Counted from the first letter of the stretch, positions 15,271 to 23,265 are shown. The stretch is 24,000 nt of DNA from Burkholderiales bacterium (GCA_037446035.1 JBBIJJ010000021.1:5954-29953); one strand, 5' to 3'. Notes: generated from the letters alone by a model not told the origin. A program made the numbers and translations.

Positions 15271-17082
15271 ATGCCCATTTACACACCGCCCCTGCGCGAC
15301 CAGCAGTTCGTCATGCACGAGCTGCTCGGCGCGGTCGACGAACTGCGCGCGCTGCCGCGCTACGCGGACATCGACGCCGACACGCTGAACCAGGTCGTCG
15401 AGGAAGCCGGCAAGTTCTGCGCCGAGGTGCTGCTGCCGATCAACGCGAATGGCGACGAGCAGGGCTGCAAGTACGACCCGGCCGACAAGTCGGTCAAGAC
15501 ACCGAAGGGGTTTCGCGAGGCCTACGACAAGTTTCGCGCCGCGGGCTGGCAGGGGCTCGCGGCCGAAACCGAGTACGGCGGCCAGGGCCTGCCGCACCTT
15601 CTGCAGATCGCCTTTTACGAGATGCAGTATTCGACCAACCAGTCCTGGGCGATGTACCCCGGGCTGACCGTCGGCGCATACGAACTGCTGCTCGTGCACG
15701 GCACCAAGGAGCAGAAGGATCTGTATCTGCCGAAGCTCGCGTCGGGACAATGGACCGGGACGATGTGCCTGACCGAGCCGCACTGCGGGACCGACCTGGG
15801 CATGCTGCGCACGAAAGCCGAGCCGCAGTCCGACGGGACGTACAGGCTCACCGGCACCAAGATCTTCATTTCCTCCGGCGAGCACGACATGGCGGACAAC
15901 ATCGTGCATCTGGTGCTCGCGCGGCTGCCGGACGCGCCGCAAGGAACGAAGGGCATTTCGCTGTTCATCGTTCCGAAGTTTCTTCCGCAGGGCAGCGGCG
16001 CGGGCGCGCGCGTCGGCGCGCGCAACGGCATTTACTGCGGCGGCATCGAGCACAAGATGGGGATCCACGGCAACTCGACCTGCCAGATGGTTCTGGACGG
16101 TGCCACGGGCTGGCTCGTCGGCGAGCCGAACAAGGGCTTGAATGCGATGTTCGTGATGATGAACGGCGCGCGGCTCGCGGTCGGCGTGCAGGGGCTGGGC
16201 ATCAACGAGGCTGCCTACCAGAACGCCGTCGCCTACGCGAAGGAGCGGCTGCAGGGCCGCTCGCTGTCGGGCCCGAAGGCGCCGGACAAGCCGGCCGACC
16301 CGATCATCGTTCATCCCGACGTGCGCCGGATGCTGCTGACCGCGCGCGCGTACGCCGAAGGCGGGCGCGCGTTCGCCTACTGGGTCGCGCTCGCCGCCGA
16401 CAAGCAGTTGCACCATCCGGACGAGGCGGTGCGCAAGGACGCGGCGGACACCATGGCGCTGATGACGCCGATCGTCAAGGCCTTCATGACCGACAACGGA
16501 TTCCAGTGCGCGTCGCAGTGCATGCAGGTCTTCGGCGGGCACGGCTACATCCGCGAGCAGGGCATGGAGCAGCTCGTACGCGACGCCCGGATCAACATGA
16601 TCTACGAGGGCACCAACACCATCCAGGCGCTCGACCTGATCGGCCGCAAGGTGCTGATGGACAACGGTGCGAAGCTGAAGAAGTTCGGCAAACTGGTGCA
16701 GGACTTCATCGAGGAGCACGGCACCACACCGGCGATGAACGAATTCGTCACGCCGCTGGCGGATCTGGGCGACAAGCTCACCAAGCTGACGATGGAACTC
16801 GGCATGAAGGCGTTCCAGAACCAGGACGAGGCCGGCGCCGCCGCGGTCGACTATCTGCGTGTCGCCGGCCACCTCGTTTACGCGTATTTCTGGGCGAAAA
16901 TGGCGCGCATCGCGCTGACGCGGATCGAGCAAGATGGCGACAAGGTCGACCCGTTCTACACGGCCAAGCTGGCGACGGCGCGGTTTTATTTCCAGAGGCT
17001 GCTGCCGGAAACCGCGTACCACATCCGTGCCGCGCGCTCGGGAGCCAAGAATTTGATGGAACTGCCGGCGGAACTGTTTTGA
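15271..17082 (+). CDS. long-form acyl-CoA dehydrogenase (FadE-like, with extra N- and C-terminal domains)
   Basis: 603-aa ORF with AAGGAG SD. Has CLTEPHCGTDLG, GTKIFISSGEHD, GIHGNSTC, the catalytic-region motif YEGTN.IQALDL, and a C-terminal helical extension. Confidence 0.9.
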   Translation: MPIYTPPLRDQQFVMHELLGAVDELRALPRYADIDADTLNQVVEEAGKFCAEVLLPINANGDEQGCKYDPADKSVKTPKGFREAYDKFRAAGWQGLAAETEYGGQGLPHLLQIAFYEMQYSTNQSWAMYPGLTVGAYELLLVHGTKEQKDLYLPKLASGQWTGTMCLTEPHCGTDLGMLRTKAEPQSDGTYRLTGTKIFISSGEHDMADNIVHLVLARLPDAPQGTKGISLFIVPKFLPQGSGAGARVGARNGIYCGGIEHKMGIHGNSTCQMVLDGATGWLVGEPNKGLNAMFVMMNGARLAVGVQGLGINEAAYQNAVAYAKERLQGRSLSGPKAPDKPADPIIVHPDVRRMLLTARAYAEGGRAFAYWVALAADKQLHHPDEAVRKDAADTMALMTPIVKAFMTDNGFQCASQCMQVFGGHGYIREQGMEQLVRDARINMIYEGTNTIQALDLIGRKVLMDNGAKLKKFGKLVQDFIEEHGTTPAMNEFVTPLADLGDKLTKLTMELGMKAFQNQDEAGAAAVDYLRVAGHLVYAYFWAKMARIALTRIEQDGDKVDPFYTAKLATARFYFQRLLPETAYHIRAARSGAKNLMELPAELF

Positions 17083-17089
17083 TTGCGGT

Positions 17090-17188
17090 CTCCCCTTTCA
17101 AGGGGAGGTGGGGCGGGGTCGGGTGCCTGGTGTCGAAAATACATCCCCACCCCTTTGCCTGCCCTTGTGAACGGCAGCGGCAGCGGCA
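17090..17188. repeat. REPIN-like doublet ('empty' version of the repeat pair that flanks the DUF559 gene)
   Basis: The left arm is hairpin CTCCCCTT-tc-AAGGGGAG plus G-tract tail GTGGGGCGGGGTCGGGTGC. After a ~16-nt spacer, the right arm is CATCCCCACCCC (identical to the core of the arm at 20031..20070) plus a degenerate hairpin TGCCTGCCCTTGTGAACGGCAGCGGCA. Confidence 0.6.
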
Positions 17189-17221
17189 TGGTTTCGTAGG
17201 AACCCACTCGAAAGAAGACCA

Positions 17222-19639
17222 ATGAGCAACTTCATCGTCAGAAAAGTCGCCGTGCTCGGTGCCGGCGTAATGGGCGCGCAGATTGCGGCGCATTGCGTCA
17301 ATGCCAAGGTGCCGGTCGTGCTGTTCGACCTGCCCGCAAAAGACGGGCCGAAGAACGGCATCGTGCTGAAGGCCATCGAAAACCTGAAGAAGCTGAATCC
17401 GGCGCCGCTCGGCAACAAGGACGACGCCCAGCACATCGAGCCGGCCAACTACGAGGATCACCTCGAACTGCTGCGCGGCTGTGATGTCGTGATCGAGGCG
17501 ATCGCCGAGCGGATGGACTGGAAGCACGACCTGTACCGGAAAGTCGCGCCCTTTCTGCGCGCCGACGCGATCTTCGCGTCCAACACCTCGGGCCTGCCGA
17601 TCGAGCGGCTTGCGGAGGTCATGAACACGGAGCTGAAGCAGCGCTTCTGCGGCGTGCACTTCTTCAACCCGCCGCGCTACATGCACCTGGTCGAGCTGAT
17701 CCCCACACCCGCGACGAAGCCGCGGATCCTCGACGATCTGGAGACCTTTCTGACGAGCACGCTCGGCAAGGGGGTCGTGCGCGCCAAGGACACACCGAAC
17801 TTCATCGCCAACCGCGTCGGCATCTTCGGCATGCTGGCGACGATCGAGGAGGCGGAGAAGTACGGCATCCCGTACGACGTGGTCGACGACCTGACCGGTT
17901 CCAAGCTCGGCCGTGCCAAGAGCGCGACGTTCCGCACTGCCGACGTCGTCGGCCTGGACACGATGGCGCACGTGATCCGCACGATGCAGGAGACGCTGCC
18001 GGCAGCGGTCGATCCGTTCGCCGAGCACTTCGCGACACCGCCGGTGTTGCAGGCGCTCGTCGACAAGGGCGCACTGGGTCAGAAGGCCGGTGCCGGGTTC
18101 TATCGGAAGGACGGCAAAGTCATCAAGGTGCTGGACCCGAAGAAGCAGGACTACGTGGAGTCGACCGGCAAGGCCGACGAGCTGATCGTGCGCATCCTGA
18201 AGAAAAAGGATCCCGCCGAGCGGCTGAAGCTGCTGCGCGAGACCGATCATCCGCAGGCCAAGTTCCTGTGGGCGATCTTCCGCGACGCCTTCCATTACAT
18301 CGCCGTGCATCTGGAGTCGATCGCCGATACCGCGCGCGACGTCGACTTCGCGCTGCGCTGGGGATTCGGCTGGAGCACCGGCCCGTTCGAGACGTGGCAG
18401 GCCGCGGGATGGAAGCAGATCGCCGAGTGGGTGCAGTCCGATATCGACAAAGGCGACGCCCTCGCGAAAGCGCCGCTGCCGAAGTGGGTCTTCGAGGGAC
18501 CGGTTGCGAAAGCCGGGGGCGTGCACACGAAGGACGGCTCGTGGTCGCCGGCGAAGAAGAAGTTCGTCGGCCGCTCGAACCTGCCCGTCTACGCGCGCCA
18601 GATCTTCCGCGCGTCGCTGCTCGGCGAAGGCGCGCCGACGGGGCACAACGGCGGCACGACGATCCACGAGGACGACTCGGTGCGCATCTGGAAGCTCGAC
18701 CAGGGGCTCGGCGCCGAGGTGCTGATCCTGTCGCTGAAGACCAAGGTCCACGCGATCGGCCCCGGCGTGCTCGCCGGCATGAACAAGGCCGTCGAGCTGG
18801 CCGAGTCGCAGTACCGGGGGCTCGTGATCTGGTCGCCCGACGATCCGTTCTCGGTCGGCGCCGACCTGCAGGCGATGATGCCGGTGTTCATGGCCGGCGG
18901 CGCCAAGGCGATCGGCCCCGAGGTCGCCAAGTTCCAGCAGACGATGATGCGGCTGAAGTACTCGCAGGTGCCGGTGGTCGCCGCGGTCAGCGGCATGGCG
19001 CTCGGCGGCGGCTGCGAGACGCTGCTTCACTGCGCCAAGCGGGTGGCAAGCCTCGAAAGCTACATCGGCCTGGTCGAGGTCGGCGTCGGGCTGATCCCGG
19101 GCGGCGGCGGGCTGAAGGAAGGCGCGCTGCGCGCAGCGGCGGCCGCGCAGGCGGCGGGCATGACGGACGTATTCCCGTTCATCCGCAACTGGTTTACGAA
19201 CGCTGCAATGGCCAACGTTTCGAAGTCCGCGCTCGAGGCGCGTGCAATGGGCTATCTATTGCCGAGCGACACGATCGTCTTCAACCCGCACGAACTGCTG
19301 TGGACGGCCATCGGCGAGGCGTTCGCACTGCACGCGACCGGCTGGCGCCCGCCGTTGCTGGCGAGGGGCTTCCCGGTGGCGGGCCGGACCGGCGTGGCGA
19401 ACGTCAAGGCGCAGCTTGTCAACATGCGCGACGGCGGCTTCATCAGCGCGCACGACTTCTTCATCGCCAGCCGGATCGCCGAGGTGATGTGCGGCGGCGA
19501 CGTCGAACCCGGTTCGCTGGTCGACGAGCAGTGGCTGCTCGACCTCGAACGCAAGCACTTCGTCGAGCTGGTGGCGCATCCGAAATCGCAGGAGCGCATG
19601 ATGGGCATGATGCAGACCGGCAAGCCGGTCAGGAACTGA
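17222..19639 (+). CDS. bifunctional 3-hydroxyacyl-CoA dehydrogenase / enoyl-CoA hydratase (FadB-like, dehydrogenase domain N-terminal)
   Basis: 805-aa ORF. N-terminal NAD-binding VAVLGAGVMGAQIAAH, plus NTSGL, HFFNPPRYM, TPNFIANR and a 3HCDH C-terminal domain. The C-terminal third is crotonase-like (DPFSVGADL..., VAAVSGMALGGGCE). Confidence 0.9.
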   Translation: MSNFIVRKVAVLGAGVMGAQIAAHCVNAKVPVVLFDLPAKDGPKNGIVLKAIENLKKLNPAPLGNKDDAQHIEPANYEDHLELLRGCDVVIEAIAERMDWKHDLYRKVAPFLRADAIFASNTSGLPIERLAEVMNTELKQRFCGVHFFNPPRYMHLVELIPTPATKPRILDDLETFLTSTLGKGVVRAKDTPNFIANRVGIFGMLATIEEAEKYGIPYDVVDDLTGSKLGRAKSATFRTADVVGLDTMAHVIRTMQETLPAAVDPFAEHFATPPVLQALVDKGALGQKAGAGFYRKDGKVIKVLDPKKQDYVESTGKADELIVRILKKKDPAERLKLLRETDHPQAKFLWAIFRDAFHYIAVHLESIADTARDVDFALRWGFGWSTGPFETWQAAGWKQIAEWVQSDIDKGDALAKAPLPKWVFEGPVAKAGGVHTKDGSWSPAKKKFVGRSNLPVYARQIFRASLLGEGAPTGHNGGTTIHEDDSVRIWKLDQGLGAEVLILSLKTKVHAIGPGVLAGMNKAVELAESQYRGLVIWSPDDPFSVGADLQAMMPVFMAGGAKAIGPEVAKFQQTMMRLKYSQVPVVAAVSGMALGGGCETLLHCAKRVASLESYIGLVEVGVGLIPGGGGLKEGALRAAAAAQAAGMTDVFPFIRNWFTNAAMANVSKSALEARAMGYLLPSDTIVFNPHELLWTAIGEAFALHATGWRPPLLARGFPVAGRTGVANVKAQLVNMRDGGFISAHDFFIASRIAEVMCGGDVEPGSLVDEQWLLDLERKHFVELVAHPKSQERMMGMMQTGKPVRN

Positions 19640-19650
19640 CCGGCCGCATA

Positions 19651-19690
19651 CCCTCCCCTTCAAAGGGAGGGCCAGGGTGGGGATGGGGTC
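19651..19690 (+). repeat. left inverted-repeat arm
   Basis: CCCTCCCCTTCAAAGGGAGGGCCAGGGTGGGGATGGGGTC, i.e. a C/G hairpin plus a G-tract tail. Confidence 0.7.
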
Positions 19691-19695
19691 AAGCG

Positions 19696-20061
19696 ATGCT
19701 CGGTCAGACAGGCGCAACGGCAAGAGTCCATGCAGTCGGACTGCGCAAGCAGCCGACCGATGCCGAGCGTGTGCTTTGGCGGCATTTGCGCGGCCGGCAG
19801 TTTGGCGTGAAGTTTCGGCGCCAGCATCCTTACCTGAACTACGTGCTGGACTTCGTCTGTCTCGAACACAAGCTCGTCGTCGAAGTCGACGGTTCCCAGC
19901 ACGCTGGGTCGCACCGAGACGCGGAACGAGACCGGAAACTCGTCGAAGGCGGTTTTCGGGTGCTGCGGTTCTGGGACAACGACGTGTTGGATGAAACGGG
20001 TGCAGTGCTCGACGCGATTCACCAAGCGCTGAACCCATCCCCACCCCAACCCTCCCCTTGA
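19696..20061 (+). CDS. DUF559 / Vsr-like (restriction-endonuclease-fold) endonuclease domain protein
   Basis: 121 aa, taken from the last part of track ORF 18268..20061, starting at ATG 19696. LRKQPTDAERVLWRHLRGRQFGVKFRRQHPYLNYVLDFVCLEHKLVVEVDGSQH...GFRVLRFWDNDVL is the canonical DUF559 pattern with the acidic catalytic residues intact. Confidence 0.85.
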   Translation: MLGQTGATARVHAVGLRKQPTDAERVLWRHLRGRQFGVKFRRQHPYLNYVLDFVCLEHKLVVEVDGSQHAGSHRDAERDRKLVEGGFRVLRFWDNDVLDETGAVLDAIHQALNPSPPQPSP

Positions 20062-20070
20062 AGGGGAGGG
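20031..20070 (-). repeat. right inverted-repeat arm
   Basis: The reverse complement reads CCCTCCCCTTCAAGGGGAGGGTTGGGGTGGGGATGGGTTC, with a perfect 10-bp hairpin stem. It encodes the last codons and the stop of the DUF559 ORF. Confidence 0.7.
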
Positions 20071-20088
20071 GGTCGCAAGGAGAAATCG

Positions 20089-21288
20089 ATGACCCGACAA
20101 GTGCAGGACGCCTACATCGTCGCCGCGACGCGCACGCCGATCGGCAAGGCGCCGAAGGGAAGCTTCAAGAACGTGCGGCCCGACGACCTGCTGGTCGCGG
20201 CGATCCAGTCGGCACTCAGGCAGGTGCCGGACCTCGACCCGAAGGCGATCGAGGACGCGATCATCGGCTGCGCGATGCCGGAAGCCGAGCAGGGGCTGAA
20301 CGTCGCGCGCGTGGCGGTGCTGCTCGCCGGGCTGCCGGCGAGCGTCGGCGGCATGACGATCAACCGCTTCTGTTCGTCCGGGCTGAACGCGGTGGCGATC
20401 GCCGCCGACCGCATCCGCGTCGGCGAGGCCGACGTGATGATCGCCGGCGGCACCGAGTCGATGAGCATGGTGCCGATGACCGGCAACAAGCCGTCGTTCA
20501 ACACGCGCATCTTCGAGCGCGACGAGAACGTCGGCATCGCCTACGGCATGGGCATGACCGCCGAGCGCGTCGCCGCGCAGTGGAAGGTCACGCGCGAGAT
20601 GCAGGACGAATTCGCCTACCAGTCGCACATGAAGGCGATCGCCGCGCAGAAATCGGGCGAGTTCGCCGACGAGATCACGCCGATCGAAGTCGTCGAGAAG
20701 TTTCCGAACCTCGGCAGCCGCGAAGTCGAAGTCAAGACGCGCAGGGTCGCGCTCGACGAAGGCCCGCGCGCCGACACGAACATGGAGGCGCTGGCGAAGC
20801 TCAAACCCGTGTTCGCCGCGCGCGGCAGCGTCACCGCCGGCAACAGCTCGCAGACCTCCGACGGCGCCGGCTGCCTGATCCTCGCGAGCGAGAAGGCAGT
20901 CAAACAGTTCAACCTGACGCCGCTGGCGCGCTTCGTCTCGTTCGCGATCCGCGGCGTGCCGCCCGAGATCATGGGCATCGGTCCGAAGGAGGCGATCCCG
21001 GTCGCGCTGAAGCTCGCCGGGCTGACGGCCGAGGACATCGGCTGGATCGAGCTGAACGAAGCGTTCGCGGCGCAGGCGCTCGCGGTGATCAACGACCTCG
21101 GACTGGACCGCACGAAGGTCAACCCGATCGGCGGTGCGATCGCGTTGGGCCACCCGCTCGGCGCCACCGGCGCGATCCGCTCGGCCACCGTCGTGCACGC
21201 GCTGCGCCGCAAGCAACTGAAGTACGGCATGGTGACGATGTGCGTCGGCACCGGCATGGGGGCGGCCGGGATCTTCGAGCGGGTGTGA
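20089..21288 (+). CDS. acetyl-CoA C-acyltransferase (3-ketoacyl-CoA thiolase)
   Basis: 399-aa ORF with AAGGAG SD. Has the active-site Cys region INRFCSSGL, plus NEAFAAQ, GGAIALGHPLGATG and CVGTGMG. Confidence 0.92.
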   Translation: MTRQVQDAYIVAATRTPIGKAPKGSFKNVRPDDLLVAAIQSALRQVPDLDPKAIEDAIIGCAMPEAEQGLNVARVAVLLAGLPASVGGMTINRFCSSGLNAVAIAADRIRVGEADVMIAGGTESMSMVPMTGNKPSFNTRIFERDENVGIAYGMGMTAERVAAQWKVTREMQDEFAYQSHMKAIAAQKSGEFADEITPIEVVEKFPNLGSREVEVKTRRVALDEGPRADTNMEALAKLKPVFAARGSVTAGNSSQTSDGAGCLILASEKAVKQFNLTPLARFVSFAIRGVPPEIMGIGPKEAIPVALKLAGLTAEDIGWIELNEAFAAQALAVINDLGLDRTKVNPIGGAIALGHPLGATGAIRSATVVHALRRKQLKYGMVTMCVGTGMGAAGIFERV

Positions 21289-21342
21289 TAGGCGCGCACG
21301 GGGCTCACCAAGTCGGCGGGTGCGATTGCCATCGGGGCGACC

Positions 21343-21813
21343 ATGACCGTCGCGCAGCGTTTCTTCGACGCCTTCATGCTCGGCGACCACCACACGATGG
21401 GCCAGCTTTACGCGTCCGATGCGACGTTCAGCGATCCGATCTTCCCGCTGCTGTCGGCCGACGAGGTGCGGCTGATGTGGCGCATGCTGCTGACGCGCGC
21501 GCGCGGCTTCAGCGTGTCGGCCAACGTCGAGGAGGGACCGCACGGCGCGCGCGCGGTCTGGATCGCGCGCTACACGTACGGTACGCGGCCGGTACGCAAC
21601 CGTGTCTACACCGAGATGGTGATCGCCGCTGGCAAGATCGTGCGCCAGGTCGACCGCTTCAGCTTCTGGCGCTGGTCGCGGCAGGCGCTCGGCTGGAAGG
21701 GATGGCTGCTGGGCTGGACGCCGTGGCTGCGCAACCGCGTGCGCGCGCAGGCGGCGGAGGCGCTGCGGCGGTTCGCGCAGCAGGAACGACAGGGCAGCAA
21801 GGAGACGCGATGA
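21343..21813 (+). CDS. NTF2/SnoaL-like (ketosteroid-isomerase-fold) protein with a Trp-rich C-terminal tail
   Basis: 156-aa ORF. The N-terminal ~110 aa have an NTF2-like pattern (FFDAF..GD...M..LYA.DATFSDP). The tail FSFWRWSRQALGWKGWLLGWTPWLRNRV contains six Trp. The stop overlaps the next ATG (ATGA at 21810..21813). Confidence 0.65.
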   Translation: MTVAQRFFDAFMLGDHHTMGQLYASDATFSDPIFPLLSADEVRLMWRMLLTRARGFSVSANVEEGPHGARAVWIARYTYGTRPVRNRVYTEMVIAAGKIVRQVDRFSFWRWSRQALGWKGWLLGWTPWLRNRVRAQAAEALRRFAQQERQGSKETR

Positions 21814-22574
21814 GCATCAGGACTGAAACGGCGGACGGCGTGGCGCGCATCGAGATCGCGCGGCCGGAGAAGAAGAACGCGATCACGATGGCGATGTACC
21901 AGCAGATGGCCGACGCGATCGCCGCCGCGCACGACGACGGCCGCGTGCGGGCGATCCTGATTCACGGCCAGCCCGACATCTTTACCGCCGGCAACGATCT
22001 CGAGGACTTCATGAAGCATCCGGCGCAAAGCATGGACGCGCCGGTATTCAAGTTCATGCAGGCGCTCGGCTATGCCGAGAAGCCCGTGGTCGCGGCGGTC
22101 AACGGTGCGGCGGTCGGCATCGGCACGACGATGCTGCTGCATTGCGACCTCGCGTACTGCGCCGACAACGCGATGTTCTCGATGCCGTTCGTCTCGCTTG
22201 GCCTGTGTGCGGAGTTCGCCTCCAGCCTGCTCGTGCCGCTGGCGGCCGGCTACCACAAGGCCGCGGAAAAACTGCTGCTCGGCGATCCGCTGAGCGCCGA
22301 AGAGGCGCTCGAGATGAAGATCGTGAACCGCATCCTGCCGCCCGACGAGGTGCTCGCCTACGCACAGAAGCAGGCCGCGCGTTTCAATGCGCTGCCGCCG
22401 GCATCCGTGCGCGAAACCAAGCGTCTGATGAAAGCCGGCTTCAAGAGCATCGTCGAGAAGATCATCCTGGACGAGGCGCAGACCTTCGGCCGCATGCTCA
22501 AGAGCCCGGAAGCGAAGGAAGCCTTCGCCGCGTTCTTCGAGCGGCGCATGCCGGACTTTTCGAAGTTCAGCTGA
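21810..22574 (+). CDS. enoyl-CoA hydratase/isomerase (crotonase family)
   Basis: Last 254 aa of track ORF 20058..22574, starting at ATG 21810. Has ARIEIARPEKKNAIT, FTAGNDL and KPVVAAVNGAAVGIGTTMLLHCDL. Confidence 0.9.
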   Translation: MSIRTETADGVARIEIARPEKKNAITMAMYQQMADAIAAAHDDGRVRAILIHGQPDIFTAGNDLEDFMKHPAQSMDAPVFKFMQALGYAEKPVVAAVNGAAVGIGTTMLLHCDLAYCADNAMFSMPFVSLGLCAEFASSLLVPLAAGYHKAAEKLLLGDPLSAEEALEMKIVNRILPPDEVLAYAQKQAARFNALPPASVRETKRLMKAGFKSIVEKIILDEAQTFGRMLKSPEAKEAFAAFFERRMPDFSKFS

Positions 22575-22577
22575 TGC

Positions 22578-22613
22578 TCTCCGTCCCTCGGCCAGGGGCA
22601 GGGGTGAAGGGTC
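22578..22613 (+). repeat. degenerate solo member of the G-tract repeat family
   Basis: CCCTCGG followed by CCAGGGGCAGGGGTGAAGGGTC, which resembles the tail CCAGGGTGGGGATGGGGTC of 19672..19690. The hairpin part is missing. Confidence 0.3.
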
Positions 22614-22652
22614 TGGGCCGCGCGCAGCCCCTGGAGATCGAGGCAGCCGGCG

Positions 22653-23084
22653 ATGAAACTGCGACCCGACGTGAGCATCGAAGCACTGAACGCGCGCGCC
22701 TCAACGCGTCTGCCCGCGCTGTTCGGCCTGAAGGTCGTCCGCATCGATCCGCACGAACTCGTGATGCGGATGGACATCCGGCCCGAACTTCTCGCGCCGA
22801 ACGGCTTTCTGCACGCCGCGAGCGTGATCGCGCTTGCGGATACCGCGTGCGGCTTCGCCACCGTCGCGCATCTGCCCGATGGCGCGGAGAACTTCACGAC
22901 GATCGAATTGAAGGCGAACTTCCTCGGCACCGCGACCGCAGGCACGCTCGAAGCGGTCGCGCGCGGCGCCCATCTGGGTCGCACGACACAGGTGTGGGAC
23001 GCCACCGTCAGCGAAGTCGCCACCGGCAAGACGCTCGCGCTGTTCCGTTGCACGCAAATGGTGCTGTGGCCGAAGAGGGCATAG
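22653..23084 (+). CDS. PaaI-family hotdog-fold acyl-CoA thioesterase
   Basis: 143-aa ORF. NGFLHAASVIALADTACG, T.ELKANFL and GRTTQVWDA are typical of PaaI/YdiI-type thioesterases. Confidence 0.85.
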   Translation: MKLRPDVSIEALNARASTRLPALFGLKVVRIDPHELVMRMDIRPELLAPNGFLHAASVIALADTACGFATVAHLPDGAENFTTIELKANFLGTATAGTLEAVARGAHLGRTTQVWDATVSEVATGKTLALFRCTQMVLWPKRA

Positions 23085-23086
23085 CA

Positions 23087-23265
23087 CCTCTTGCAAAGAC
23101 CGCCGCAGAATCCGTGCCCCTGACCAGCGACGGCGCCGAAGAAGGCGCAGCACACCGTCCTCTTGCAAAGCGGGGCAGGGGGGATTTCAGCGGCGCTTTT
23201 TGCTGCGACGATCGGAAAATCGCCCTCGGTCCCCCTTTACGAAAGGGGGCGGGAGACGGGTGCAC
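23087..23265 (+). repeat. repeat-rich intergenic region: 12-nt direct repeat plus a hairpin/G-tract family member
   Basis: CCTCTTGCAAAG occurs at 23087..23098 and 23159..23170. A perfect 8-bp hairpin CCCCCTTT-acg-AAAGGGGG lies at 23231..23249, preceded by CCCTCGG and followed by CGGGAGACGGGTGCAC (compare GTCGGGTGCC at 17118..17127). Confidence 0.5.

Larger units (their letters stand above)
19651..20070 (+). mobile_element. 420-bp insert: DUF559 endonuclease gene bracketed by ~40-nt imperfect inverted repeats (REPIN-like pair with cargo)
   Basis: 19651..19690 matches the reverse complement of 20031..20070 at 35/40 positions by hand alignment. The insert sits between the FadB-like stop (19639) and the thiolase SD (20077..20082). 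I found no target-site duplication. Confidence 0.45.

Noticed and set aside
14458-21543. Long minus-strand ORFs antisense to the fad operon (14458..17022, 16778..19030, 19660..21543).
   Set aside because: These are the same kind of high-GC antisense artefact, with no motifs, and each is fully covered by well-supported plus-strand genes.
18268-22574. Track ORFs 18268..20061 (597 aa) and 20058..22574 (838 aa) taken at full length.
   Set aside because: Only their 3' parts are real (DUF559 from ATG 19696; enoyl-CoA hydratase from ATG 21810). The upstream parts are out-of-frame read-through of the FadB-like and thiolase genes.
17090-23265. The hairpin/G-tract repeats considered as a CRISPR array or a set of terminators.
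   Set aside because: The copies have irregular spacing (hundreds to thousands of bp, with genes in between), mixed orientations and variable length, so this is not a CRISPR array. None is followed by a T-run, so they are not classical intrinsic terminators.
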